DNA from: Botryllus schlosseri
Lineage: Eukaryota
Direction of reading: 5' to 3'
DNA length: 64,000 nt
NCBI GenBank assembly: GCA_051294905.1
Contig: CM119371.1
Location: forward strand, 17,610,001 to 17,674,000
Below the pieces are notes generated by a model, which made no database searches, was not told the DNA's origin, and worked only from the letters and a program-made list of their open reading frames with translations. This document shows, piece by piece, positions 40,001-52,376 of the stretch. Made by a program: the position numbers and the translations under genes. The number at the start of each line of letters is the position of its first letter. The stretch's first letter is position 1.

Positions 40001-42715
40001 AGATGAAGCCTTTTTCAGCTCATATCGAATAGTCCGTAAGCTACTCTGCGAGATAGTTCGTGAGAAAAGTAGGACTGCAAAAACCACCAAATTACATAAT
40101 CAATGGAGATATATAAAATGAATAAATAGGCTTACATAATCAACAGTATCCATGGGTTCTTGAGACAAAGGTCTGTATCGCATAAGATGACTGTGCCGGC
40201 ACAAAACCCGTTACGAACGACTCCTCGCGTCACTGTCAACATTGTCTGATACCGCAGGCACGGTAGACCCAGGGGGCTCTTTTCAAGGAGTCGACATCAG
40301 TTGGACGAATTTGAGGATCAATCCAAGACTATTGAAAAGAAAATATTTGTTTCAAAAATTCGCAATACAAATGAACTACCGTACTCAGTAATCACACAGA
40401 TATCATACTGGATACAGTTGTTGTTTTCTGCAATAAGTTGTGCGTGACAAAAGGGTGTCTTTCATAGAATAATTAAGTAATGGAATGGAAAGTTGCACAT
40501 GACGTTACCACCAATTTTACTCTGGCACAGGTAGTATACTTCCTGGATTGTTAACAATTTTAGTGAAATTTTATCAGCAAACATTCATATAAATCTTTAT
40601 CACGAAGATAACCGAATGCAACAGAATCAACTTCATTATCTAAGGATATACCAGTTCACTTACAAAACACCGTGATGCTTACCAGTATTCCATACAGCAA
40701 ATGCATTTCAAAAAGGTGCCAATTTCAATACATACTAGCTGCAAAATAGAGTTTAGTTCAGTTACCGTATCATAATAAACTCAGGAAAGTCAAATTTGGG
40801 GATTGGGCAAAACAAATACTACCCCTTGTGATCCATGGTTTATTGAAAAGATTGTTTGTTTGGCTGTGCCATTATCAGGGCGATTTGTTGGACCTAAAAT
40901 AGGATGATTTCGACCGAATGACCCAAATTCACATATGTTTTGACAATAAAAACTTAATTTTGACCCCATGTACTTAAATTAGGTGTTTCTCACATAATGT
41001 TAGAATTGTACTACCGCGTCGGTACTTATCTTTATTTCTGGCGCTGGAGCTGTCTGTTATTCTGAGGTAGTTTGAACTGAAAAAAGATCTTTTGGCATGA
41101 ATACTGACAAATTTTCACATGAAAAAACCTTAGTTTATCGAAATCTCGACCCATGAAGAATTCCAGTATTAGTTACATCTCGTATCATGGTAAAAATAAT
41201 AAAAACTTTTTGTTGTACAACAAAAGATACTTTCCTACATTTTCGGCTAGAAAGTGTCTGTCTTTACTAAGTAGCTTTACAAGAATGGAGAAAGAACGTT
41301 CACCAGCAGCAGTTGTTGGCCAGCAACAATGAAGTTGTGCGTACACTACAGATGACACACCGTGTTGCTTCATTATGACAAGGTTGTCTACATCGTAATT
41401 TTTCATCATACGGTGTCTAATAGAAGAACCAATGCCCACGCATTCTTGCTTCAGTTAGGATTACTGCAGTAGGCTACGTTGAGCATTTGTTTCATTTCAC
41501 AGTTTATAATTCACAATGAGCAGACGATGGTCCGTCTACAACGGTAGGACTATAAAGTAGGCTACAAGATGTAATTTGTAAGATGATAAGTTCAGCGACA
41601 GTGCAATCAACTATGATACAAACGAAATGCAAGTTGCAAAAAAATTTTGACTTTTTAAACAGTTTTGGCAATATTTGACCTAACGGTACAATTTTGACAA
41701 AATTTTGACCTATTTTGACATGTCAAAAAAATCGCCTTAGTTAACACCTTACCACTTGGAATAAACAGTACAGTGTAAAATATGTTGCAGTTGAAAAACC
41801 ATCAAACCTTTGCATGACTGTCATACCGGTATTCAATTGCTGACATTGCAGTACTTGTCCACAATGCACCGTAATATCGCCTTCATAGGGATATTTCAGT
41901 GTGGATAGAGAGAACATTACTTTATCTATATATCAAAAAAGTTAGTTCGATAGCAGCTTCCCATCAGTACCGTAGTACTGGACCTGGTCGCAGCCTGGTA
42001 TATTATCAGATTCGAAGCTCGATCAACCAGCAATAAGATCAAACGAATCATATACTACAAAACATCCAAAGAACATTCATATGAATAAGGGATATCAGTA
42101 GCCTACTAAAACATCTAAAACAAACGACCTTACTGCAATGTCAAAACGAGCTCATTTTACGACTATTCTCACATTACATATAATCAATAACGTTTACCGC
42201 ATTTCCATACCTTACAGTATAGGGATGTTATGATCCTTTACGCCATCAGGTAGCAGAAACTGCTTCAATATATCCATTCCGCCAAGTCTTTTCGTGTATT
42301 CTACTCTCTGCCTGAAGCCTGACGAACCACCAATTCAAATTTCAAACTTAAATCGAGCGCGCTCTACCGTAACGAAGGTGGTGACCCCTCTGCGTCACAG
42401 GGAAATATATTTTATTGAAATAATACCCTCAAACTTAGTGGTTTGGTCAATTGAATAATATTATTTTACATATACCATAATTTTATGTGAAGCCCAAACG
42501 CACCGATAGTTTATGAATGCGAAATTGATGATAAATTACCAAGCATAAATTTTATTGAAAGTAAGCCGCAGTCGCGAAGTGTTACATATAAACGGAGAAA
42601 TACGCAGAAGCGTTGCGACGATAATGGCCCAATGCGTTTACATGCCCAAAAATTGTGCCTGTACGCAGAATAAAGTGTTATGAAGTGTTCAATACGACCT
42701 CGCGGATTTAGAGTG
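37055..42715. mobile_element. CMC/EnSpm-like DNA transposon derivative (5.66 kb) inserted in the right arm
   Basis: TIR CACTCTAAAT...ATTTAGAGTG; 2-bp TA duplication; the left arm shows the empty site (GGGGGTAGAAGTC at about 32732-32744); AAGTGTT/AACAC subterminal repeats. Confidence 0.75.
41185..41345 (-). pseudogene. hAT transposase C-terminal dimerisation-motif remnant
   Basis: PTTAAGERSFSILVKLLSKDRHFLAENVGKYL matches the hAT P-x-T-x-x-x-ERSFS motif; lies in a CAGGGCGATT...AATCGCCTTA-bounded segment (about 40876-41739). Confidence 0.65.
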
Positions 42716-45700
42716 TACCCCCTTACATTCAGTCGTGCCGTGTCCATTTTAATACGGGGTCCACAGGTATGACATGCACACACTAACGCCGTGAACAGAA
42801 ATCGATGATTTTGATTAATAAAAATATTTCTTGACTACATCGGAATGTCTATGTTGTAGAAAGTAAATACTTTTAGGAAGTTGTGTGTTTAATGAAAGCG
42901 ATTGGTTACAAGTATGTGTTGGAGAAAGAAAATTTATTTTTCTGTATGTGACGAAATGAAAATAGATTCGTGGTTTTAATTGAATTGTGACTGTGTTGTT
43001 TTAATGTACGTTTCAACAGGTAGACTTGACACTGAACAACAATTCGACCCGCAAAGCATATTCGTTGTATGATTTGTCACTGGTGTGTAAAGGGTTAGGA
43101 ATATTTTTGTATGATAATATCTACTAGCTGTTTTGTTGTGAGAGCGATCATGTGATGACTCAGCACTTTTCGTTAGCAAAGTAGATTGATCTATGTGAAA
43201 GATGTAAGGACCGTGGCTAGAAACATATGTACTTTGTTGTTGGAGTAGCTGATTTACTGCTATGGTGTTGACATAACCCTCTGGAAGTGAGTATGCTTTT
43301 CTTTCACGAAAGTTTACGTGGCTCCGTTGTAATAAATTTGTGTTGACTAAACTCGGATGGATACTGCAATTGTGCTGGACTTACACATGGTATTCACATA
43401 CTGTACACATACAAACTTTTGTGTAAACAACTCTCTGATGTTTCTGTTAGTACTAGTTCTGTGTTGAACTATTTGATTATTAAGATACATGAACACCCAT
43501 TCAGACAATAAAGTTCTTGTGATATCGAAACAGTTTGAAAGCACCACCAATCATTGCGTATGTTCGTAGCATGAGCGAATATTTTCATGTGTCATGAATA
43601 TCTTTCGTATAAACTTAGTATGAAATGAGATGTGTGGAACAATAATTAGTGTCGTACAAAGTGTTGTGTTTGATTGCCTACTTTTTTATCATTGTTTGTT
43701 GTTAAAAGACGGCTGAGTTTTCATTTACATTAAGCGGAGAAACTCAAGTAATAAATTTTACTCGTTTGAAAATATCGATCAATGGAGTAACAGCATCAAT
43801 ATGAGTGGTATATTATTTTTCGCGATATGCAACCAATCTTCTAAGCATAACTTGTCAAAAATTTATCATGTCATAGAAAAGCCGGTTGTTACGAATTTGA
43901 AATAAATGTACTTCGATTATCATGATGATGGAAATTAAGATCAATGCAGTATTTCGAAGTGGTATGTTCAACAATCACTAAATGACAAAAATATCAAACT
44001 GTGCATACAACTCGGTTAGTTAAACGATACATTTACAAGTTTACCGAAATCTTGATTTACAAATGACAGCTTGATGATGTGAAGCTCAACCACTCAAATG
44101 TGTTTATTGCAAAGTATTTGACACAAAAAAATATCGAATGAAGACTTCGGTTTCATTACCAAGCTAGTGAAAATTGTTTTCTATTGGATGGATATGATTT
44201 ACCTTTAGAAAAACGATATAGACCGATTAAGCGACGCTGTTTCATATCCGTCGAGTGAGTAAAATTTCTTTGGAGTTCGGTTTAGTGAGTTGGTAGGGAT
44301 TCAATCACATGCAAGTACCGTCTTTTCGTGACAGAGTATTGTGATGACATTTACTTTAGCGAATGACAACGGAAAAATTTTCGATTGCATTGTCGGTGTA
44401 TGTGTTAGACAAATAATTCTAGTACACCTAACTATAGGATACATTTGGTAAACATCGTACAAATTGTTTCGTTGTGATGGTAACGACTTTCAGCGGTTTG
44501 GTTTCATGTCGGGAATTATTATTATTTGGGGGTTCAAAAACAGTCAATACTACAAATGAACAACAATGCAAAACACGTTAATTGAATTACAGCGTAGCAA
44601 GTACTTCCTTGATATTACGATTGTTGCGCACCAGACATTTCTAACTGAATTGAATGCATCTAGCAAACATATCCCAACTTACTTTTGTGATGACCAAAGT
44701 ATGTGAAATGGTGCGAACGGATTAAGCATTAATCAAGCGGCGGTATGTCAATTCACCTAGTGTGATATCTTGATACCGGGTAATGTGTGAAAGTGTTTCA
44801 ATTCTCACCGCAGATTACGATGATAAAGTATTGTACCGGTTATTGTTCAACAAAGGAAATTGTTGTTTCATCTTTAGTCTTGGTTACTGGAGACAATTAC
44901 ATTTGTAAAATATTTCCTGATATCAATAATACGCTGCGTGGTTTTTACGAACACGGCTTAATCTTCCCAATCAAAGCATTTCAGATATGTTAATCTAGTT
45001 TTACAAATCGATATGTTAATAACAATGTTTCTGAAAAGTTTGTTGCTATCATAACATTTACCACAACCTCGGTCTAATTACGTCATAATTTATTAATCAA
45101 GTCGTGATCGACTATTACAAAATCTCGTATGTCAAACCAACGTGTTAATAAGCATGTTTACAACATGATAACTTTCAATGTAACACCAGTGTTCGATCGT
45201 AAGAATTCTTAACTACATCGGTCAGACATTCAAATATCATATACTCAAAACATATGTTAATCCCAAGTTGTGCGCACCGAGTAGTATTTACTTTGGTTTA
45301 TAAAATATACCGAGTAGTAATTACTTTATCTTACAGAATAGTAACGACTTTTACAGTTGAACAAAAAGACGATTTGGCGGTATATGACTACAACCGAACT
45401 TGCTATGGATTTTAGATTGTAGCGATTGTATGTACTCGCGTAATCTTGTCTTCTTTCTGTATGGGTACTGTCTAGTTGGTTGGCCGAGTTACAAACGGAT
45501 TTACTTGACAAGGTTTTCATGATTGACTCTTTTGAGTATGGTAAGATGTTAAAATTTCGAGGTGTAATACTATTTCCATTAACTCAATTGTGACAAAAAA
45601 AATACCCAGATAACTTGTTCAAGGCTTCTTTTGTTTCAAATCAACATGTGAATAATCAGTTATTGTGGCAAGTTGAAATATCGTACCGAAGTTGGGAGTG

Positions 45701-46964
45701 GGAACAGCACGCGATTGTGTAAGTGTGAAGACAGCGAGATGGTGATCGTGTGAAAAAATTAATCTGAAACGCAGTAGAGTGAAAGTTTACCCAGCCTGTC
45801 TGGCAATCCTACTTCAAATCGCGATATGGCAGAGTAGGTTGAAATATTCCGATTCAACTAATCGCATTGCAACTCGATCGTGTTATGTGCAAGCGGTTGT
45901 CAAGTTGGAAATGTTTACAGCAATGGGGGATATTTCATTGATTGATTCTATTGTGTGTAGTAACACATTAAAATATCGCGATAGTAATTACTGAAACTCT
46001 CTTTGACAAACGTAAAGACAGGTCGTGAATAGAGTTGTAATGTTTCATTACTTGTTTCAAATCAATGTGCGTATAATCTCGAAATGTGACTGGGTGAAAG
46101 TTGGTAGTCATGTTTGTCAAACATATTTCAATTCACGCAATGTCAAAGTCCAAATATTTCATTCTGGATTATTTGGATTTACCTTTAGTGCATCCCGCGA
46201 ATTGGACTCCGACACCGCACTATAACATTTTTTGATAATAAGGATTCAAGGATTTTCAATCAACAATGCCTGAATTTTTTTGGTAATGCTAGAGTTGGTA
46301 AATGATTAGTTGCGTGTTTTTGTTAAGCGTTTGATTTCTCAGTGTTAAATACAATTATTGTATGTGTATACTTGTGATTCCTGACTCTCATTGAGCTAGT
46401 TGGTATTGATTCTATAGACGTGAAACAGCGACGCGGAATGTGCGAATAATTCGATGTGGATGAAAGTCGGCGTCAGTAATATTCAGGTTACGTTCGATTC
46501 AACAGATCGCGCTATTAGGATTTCTCAAAAGAATTAGAGTTGTGTCGAATTAATACATTCAGATAAGAATCAACTTGAGTTGTGTAGTAAGTTTCATTTC
46601 AAGTTGATAAATTGACACATTGCTTGAATATTTTCATGATTCTTATCATACAACTAAAGTCAGCCACTGTTCGAAGTGTCAAAACATATAGCGATCGCGT
46701 GCAAGTGCCAAATTGTTGGTTTTCGAATCGCCGTCTGCGACGGCTCTGTGGTAAACTAATTACCAAAATATTACCTTGGAAGTGATTCCTAGATTTAGCA
46801 AACTATTTCGCACTGACTGGATTAGTGTAATAATCGATAGTAGCACACAGCTGCATGGGAAACAATTCAGCGCGCAGGTCATTCGAAATATAGGTCGCAC
46901 GCACTGCGTAAATCCTTTGCACAACAAGCCACGTTTCCGTTTGTGCGGTTATTGTTGGTGGCTC

Positions 46965-48137
46965 TTCAACACCGCGCGAGAGATGCCTGAAAGTACGAAT
47001 CACCGCCACACCCATAAGAACACATGGCGAATCACCAACACAACCTATACGCGAAAGCACGACATGCGAAAGTACGACGTGCGAGAGATGCCTATACCGA
47101 AAGGGCGATTCACGGCCGCACCCATAAGACACAATAGCCGCATGCGACCGCACCCATAAGATGCAATAGCCGCTCGCCACCCCCGCCATAAGACATAAGA
47201 GCCGCTTGCGACCCCCGCCATAAGAAATAAGAGCCGTCGCCATAAGAAATAAGTGCCGCTCGCCACCCCGGGTTTCGTGTTAGCATCAATAGCCGCTCGC
47301 CACCCCCGCCATAAGACAAAAACGTTAGTTCGCCACCCCCGCCATAAGACGAAAACGTTAGTTCGCCACCCCCGGTTTCTCGTTAGCTCGCCACCCCCGC
47401 CATAAGACGAAAACGTTAGTTCGCCACCCCCGGTTTCTCGTTAGCTCGCCACCCCCGCCATAAGACGAAAACGTTAGTTCGCCACCCCCGCCATAAGACG
47501 AAAACGTTAGTTCGCCACCCCCGGTTTCTCGTTAGCTCGCCACCCCGCCCATAAGCCACAATGGCGTCATGCGAGCGATCGCCTCACGACAGGCGAATCA
47601 CCACCACCGCCTATAGCAAAAAAGGCGAGTCACCACCCCGGGTTTTCAGGCACCCCACCGCCGCAGCCTATACCCGAAAAGGCGAATCACGACCGCACCC
47701 ATAAGAACACATGGGGAATCACCAGAGATCCCGTAAGAATACATGACAGGCACATCATCACCGCAGCCTATACCCGAAAAGGGGATGTGCCACCACGAGT
47801 TTTCCATGCGATGTGCGAGAGATGTCTATACCCGAAAGTGCGATATGCCGACGCACCCATAAGAACACATGGCGAATGCGACCACGAGTTTTCCATGCGA
47901 TGTTCGAGAGATGCCTATACCTAAAAGTGCGATGTGCCACCACGAGTTTTCCATGCGATGTGCGAGAGATGCCCATACCCGAAAGTGCGACATGCGAGCG
48001 CACCCATAAGAACCAATGGCGATGTGCCAGCGGAAGGGGTGTCTAAAAGCGCGATATGCCAACACGAGTTTCGCGGCGATATGCGAGCGGGCCCATAAGA
48101 ACCCCATGGCCGCATGCGAGCGATCTACTATACTACT
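46965..48137. repeat. GC-rich subterminal repeat zone of the right arm (array 47297-47545)
   Basis: Reverse complement of 24448-25770 but with 5x33-bp and 3x25-bp units. Confidence 0.9.
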
Positions 48138-50280
48138 TACACCCCCCCAAAACAAAAAAACATCTGTGAGAGACCCCATATTTCGCGCACGTCCAATTTT
48201 TTTGTATGTGAGGAAAGATGTTGCCAGCATGCAATTGTAGACAAGTTCACGGAGTGTAATCATGAAATTATCATAGAGAATTTTCAAAGTATTTTCGGTC
48301 CCGATGATCCATCGGTACCACATCTCCCCTACTCAAAATTCAAGCCATTTGGCAACTTGAAATCGCGCATAGCGCGAAAAAATTTTGAAAAAGTTGCTTG
48401 AATTTTTAAAAAATACTCTAAAATTTATGCTAATTCACGAAATAATTTTGGGCCCCCTTCGAGCTCGCTCCTCCCCCCCCCCCCAATTGGGTTTTGGCGT
48501 GCGGCAGTTACGGTCCTGCTCTTGGCGACTCTACTTTGAGAACCACTGGCGTCACCGATGTCATCGCCAGCTTCCAGATAAAAGCGATTAGCAGAATTCC
48601 ATGCTTGAAAATAAATATAACAAAATTAAAAAAATGTTTGGCACGCCAGTTGGTCATATTTTGGCACGCTACACACGAAAGGTTGCCATCTTACTGCCGA
48701 CCCCTAATTTAGTGACATCTTGCGACCCAAAGCTTCAAACATCAAGAATGCATTTTTGATATTAGTAGGCCTACGCTACGTTTATACTGGCATGCAGGAG
48801 ATAGCGAACGCGAAGATGACAATTCTACGCAACGCAGCTCTCTGAAACGTTTCTGTCGCAGCCTATCGCCATCTTGTTGGCACCATGCTTTTCTCCATCC
48901 GCGTATTAACGAAAAATCCATGGCTGCCGGTGCGGAAGGAGTTGTTCTCGAAATATATGTCGCATAGTCCCACAACAGCTTTATTGGACACGCTTAAAAT
49001 AAACCAACACAACTGTCTCCGATTGTGTTTTCCAAAGAAACCAATGTCGGATAAATTTTATCATGTGTTCAAACCAATTTGTGTAATACAAAAGGTCCAC
49101 ACATTTTCACGATCAAGCCATATTGTAGTAACGACTCTTCAGCGTCTCTCTTACATTTCGACTTCCTCGATGGATATTTCAGTTTTACCGAAAAAAAAAT
49201 AGGACGAATCCCATTACAAGAGGCCATATGGCATCCTTAACTTTAGCGGTGTGCGTGTGCCCCATACTTAATTAGGTCTACTCAAATGGTAATGATGAAC
49301 TAGTTCTACTAACCAGTTCCAAGTTTTTTCTTGACAAAATTTCCTCTAGAATACTCACTTTTTTACGTGCTGGGAAATCGCTATATTTTGACTTTTACTA
49401 CAGTAGAAATTTACGTCACTTCTACTTCTACCCGAGTACCAACGTTGACTACTCTGCCCCATCTGCTGATAATTCAATGCGAGTCAGCACCAGAAACTGA
49501 GAACACTCGGACATGATATAAACCTGTGGTTCTCAAACTTTTTTAGACACGCCCTCTTTAAAATGGTGAAAAATTTTGCGCCCCCGTTATCACAATATGA
49601 AACCAGAATGTTGACATGGAAGGTTATGACTGTTGAGAGAATTCTCAAATATGGAGGTATATCACGCGTAGCGCTATAAGAAATTTCAGTTAGTCACAGC
49701 TTCGTGCCCCCGTCAGATACTTTCATGCCCAGCAAGGGGGGCAAAACGAATTTATACTGACATATGCTAAACCCGGCCATGTCTACCATACAACCATCAG
49801 CACATCGATACCTAATACGGCACGAGCTTAACGCCTTTTCAATGACGCAATACACAAGATATAAACATGTATTCTCAATTTCCAAAGTTTTATTCGAGCA
49901 TAGTTCACGTAAAGGGAATCGGTATAATGACACAGTGCAGGAATGCCCGTGATGGAAATACGCCAACAAAGAATCAGCTTGCATAGATCTGAAACTGCTT
50001 GTCAACCAAATCGAGCTAATTCTTACACAGAACACGTCATCAAAGAAATACGCAATAGAACCAATCGTAATAAACAATAATCCAAACTAGAGATATCGCA
50101 CTAACAACAACAACAACAACTCACAGTATACACGAACAATTTGCTGTCCAGCAGATAACACACAGAGGTGGCAATAGCCTACTAAAAAATGTATTGTAGG
50201 CTACATGTATACACTGTCGATAACCACAGCCTATACAAAGGCTATTGATGAACTTATCATTTGACATTTTATAACCTCAG

Positions 50281-50662
50281 TGTTGCCAGCCAACAACTGC
50301 TGCCGTTGAACGCTCTTTCTCCATACTTGGCAAGCTACTTAGTAATAACAGACACTCTCTACCTGAGAATGTAGGAAAGTGTCTTACGGTGTACGACAAC
50401 AAGTTTTAGTCATGTTTACCATGAGGCGAGGCCACTGGACTACTGGTATTCTTCATAGGTCCAGATTTCGTTAAAAGAAGGTTTACCTGTATTCGTGTGA
50501 CAATTTGTCAGTTTTCAAGTCAAAAAAAAGTTTTCTAAGGCCAAACTACTTTGTACGGACGGATCCAGTTAGGTCCAAATCAAGTTTTTCTAGGTCAAAA
50601 ATATCAAATATTTGATTTTTTAGGTCAGAATCTTTAGTTTTTTAGGTCAAAAAATCGCCCTA
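50281..50662 (+). pseudogene. hAT remnant: dimerisation motif plus right end
   Basis: CCQPTTAAVERSFSILGKLLSNNRHSLPENVGKCL followed by TAGGTC repeats and the terminus AAAATCGCCCTA; homologous to about 40880-41345 on the opposite strand. Confidence 0.65.
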
Positions 50663-52376
50663 CTCATTAGAATATGAAGACCTATGGTAAGTTTCAAAAT
50701 AGAGCATTGACAGAGAAATTATTTGAACCCACTACATGAATGATGGAAATGAAGTGTAAGTAAACAAAACGAATTTCAACATTCATAGATAAAGAAACAA
50801 GATATACTATATCTTAAAACAAATGAGCAACGAAAAAAGCCATATAATATTCTCTAGCATCAAGGTATGGCAGGCCGACTGTTTGCGTTAAAAGGCAGGT
50901 ATGCTATTTGCAAGGGATAACGCAACCATATATCAGAAGCGCTTCCTGGAGGTACAGAACTACAATATTACAAATTAATGGTACAGCACATTCATATTGA
51001 AGTGAACCCGAATATTTTGGGCTGACAATGGTCAGCGGTAATCCACATCTGCTGTCGATTACCCCTGACGAGTGACAGACAAAAATATTCCGCTTCATTT
51101 CAATATGAATACACTATTGAATTGCAATCATATCATGATGATAGTATAGTATAGAATGCTGCAAAGATAGTAGTAATATAAAAACTGCATAATCTACACG
51201 CTTACGAAGTAGTACAGACTTCTGATGAACACAGAATGGGTAAACGTCTTTCATCAAGGCGTCACATAATTACAGCTGCTACAATAAACATGGGAACTAT
51301 TGAAGAGAAACATCTGACGATTCGAATGGTAACATATTACACCAGAAAAAATATTCCTGTTTCAACAGATCGACCGCCCTAGGAATACATAAAGTAACGC
51401 GGACACAAGAAAAAAATTACGCCTGTCAATATGAAGCCTACAAGCAGGGCTGGGTATCGAGTGTACGGATTCCAGTAAATTAGTCAGAGTTGATTTATTC
51501 GAGTAACAGATTTATGCGCTAGGCTGGACTTAGAATGATTCTACTATAATAATAATTCCGTGTCTATTGATAAGCCACAGTGTGGCTGCGTAGCAACATG
51601 AAATAGTCATGGTCAAGAATTACAAAAGCGATTTTGGCGACATGTAGCCTGTGAATATGTTGCTTGTGGCCACCAAATTGATATAAGCACTACGGGTGAT
51701 TGAAAATAAATGAAAAAATTCAGATTTTTGCGGCTGTTAGCTAAAATTGTCATATTGGCTAATAAAACGTTGCACGCAAAATTTGGCTCAATCCGACCAG
51801 TAGAAATGAAGTTACACGAGTTTGAAAATTTTAAATTTGATATTGGAATTTTTTTCGAATTTCACTGGCTACGCCATGAAATTGCCAAGTTGCCTAAAAA
51901 CGATGCATAACAATTTCCGTTAAATTCCAACCAGTACGGGCGAAGGTATTGCAGTTGAGAGTTATGGATTTGAAAATACAGCATTGACGGTGGGTAAATA
52001 AATCCCAGAATCATTAACGAAAAACTCAAATGACTTCGCTTCTACGAGTGGGGATTGTGTCAAATTGGTTTCGCATCGTTTTTCTAAATAACGTAACCAT
52101 TTCACGGGGTAACCACTAACCAGTAATATTTAAAGATCATATTAAATTAATGATGAATAGAACCAGGCAGACATATGTGGAAGATGTCTACTGCTGTAAT
52201 AATCGGCATATCGAACACACTTGGCAGTCTTGCAACTGTTTCAAGTACCAGGTCTTCAACACTCCTGGATTGATTGATGAGGACCATTTTCACCAGCTGA
52301 AAAGTTGTTTATCCGCAATTACAACTGTGTCTGTTGCAATGGAAGGGCCAGCATAAGTTGTAGTTTGCTTGTACAT

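Larger units (their letters stand above)
24448..48137. mobile_element. Non-autonomous Polinton/Maverick-like element forming a giant palindrome
   Basis: Ends AGTAGTATAGTAGATCG...CGATCTACTATACTACT; perfect 6-bp TSD TACACC (24442-24447, 48138-48143); B copy 2 has a single TACACC at about 22740; arms 24448-34433 and 35367-48137 are reverse complements apart from two insertions. Confidence 0.85.
19190..48329 (+). mobile_element. TA-flanked MITE family B, copy 1 (B sequence at 19190-19883, 24364-24447, 48144-48329); direct host of the Polinton-like palindrome
   Basis: TIR GG(TA/GG)AGATGTGGTACCGATGGATC; TA on both sides; pieces are colinear with the intact copy at 21963-22927. Confidence 0.85.
16812..48518 (+). 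mobile_element. Family A copy 2, outer host of the nested TE cluster (A sequence at 16812-17755, 19030-19189, 48332-48518)
   Basis: Left TIR CAGGGCCGTAAC at 16812, right TIR GTTACGGTCCTG ending 48518; removing the inserts restores a sequence colinear with copies 1 and 3 (GGAAGAGTA|CTCAAAA..GGCAACTTGAAATCGCGC); flanks CCCCTAGC and CTCTTGGC match only 5/8. Confidence 0.8.

Noticed and set aside
24448..48137. Palindrome as a pure fold-back read or assembly artefact
   Set aside because: Arm-specific TE insertions with TSDs, different array lengths, divergence near the loop and a correct TSD with continuous host MITE on both sides all argue it is real; read-level confirmation is still advisable.
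52145..52296. Minus-strand exon-like frame LVKMVLINQSRSVEDLVLETVARLPSVFDMP as a CD36 3' exon
   Set aside because: It has no CD36 motifs and no supporting neighbouring exons.
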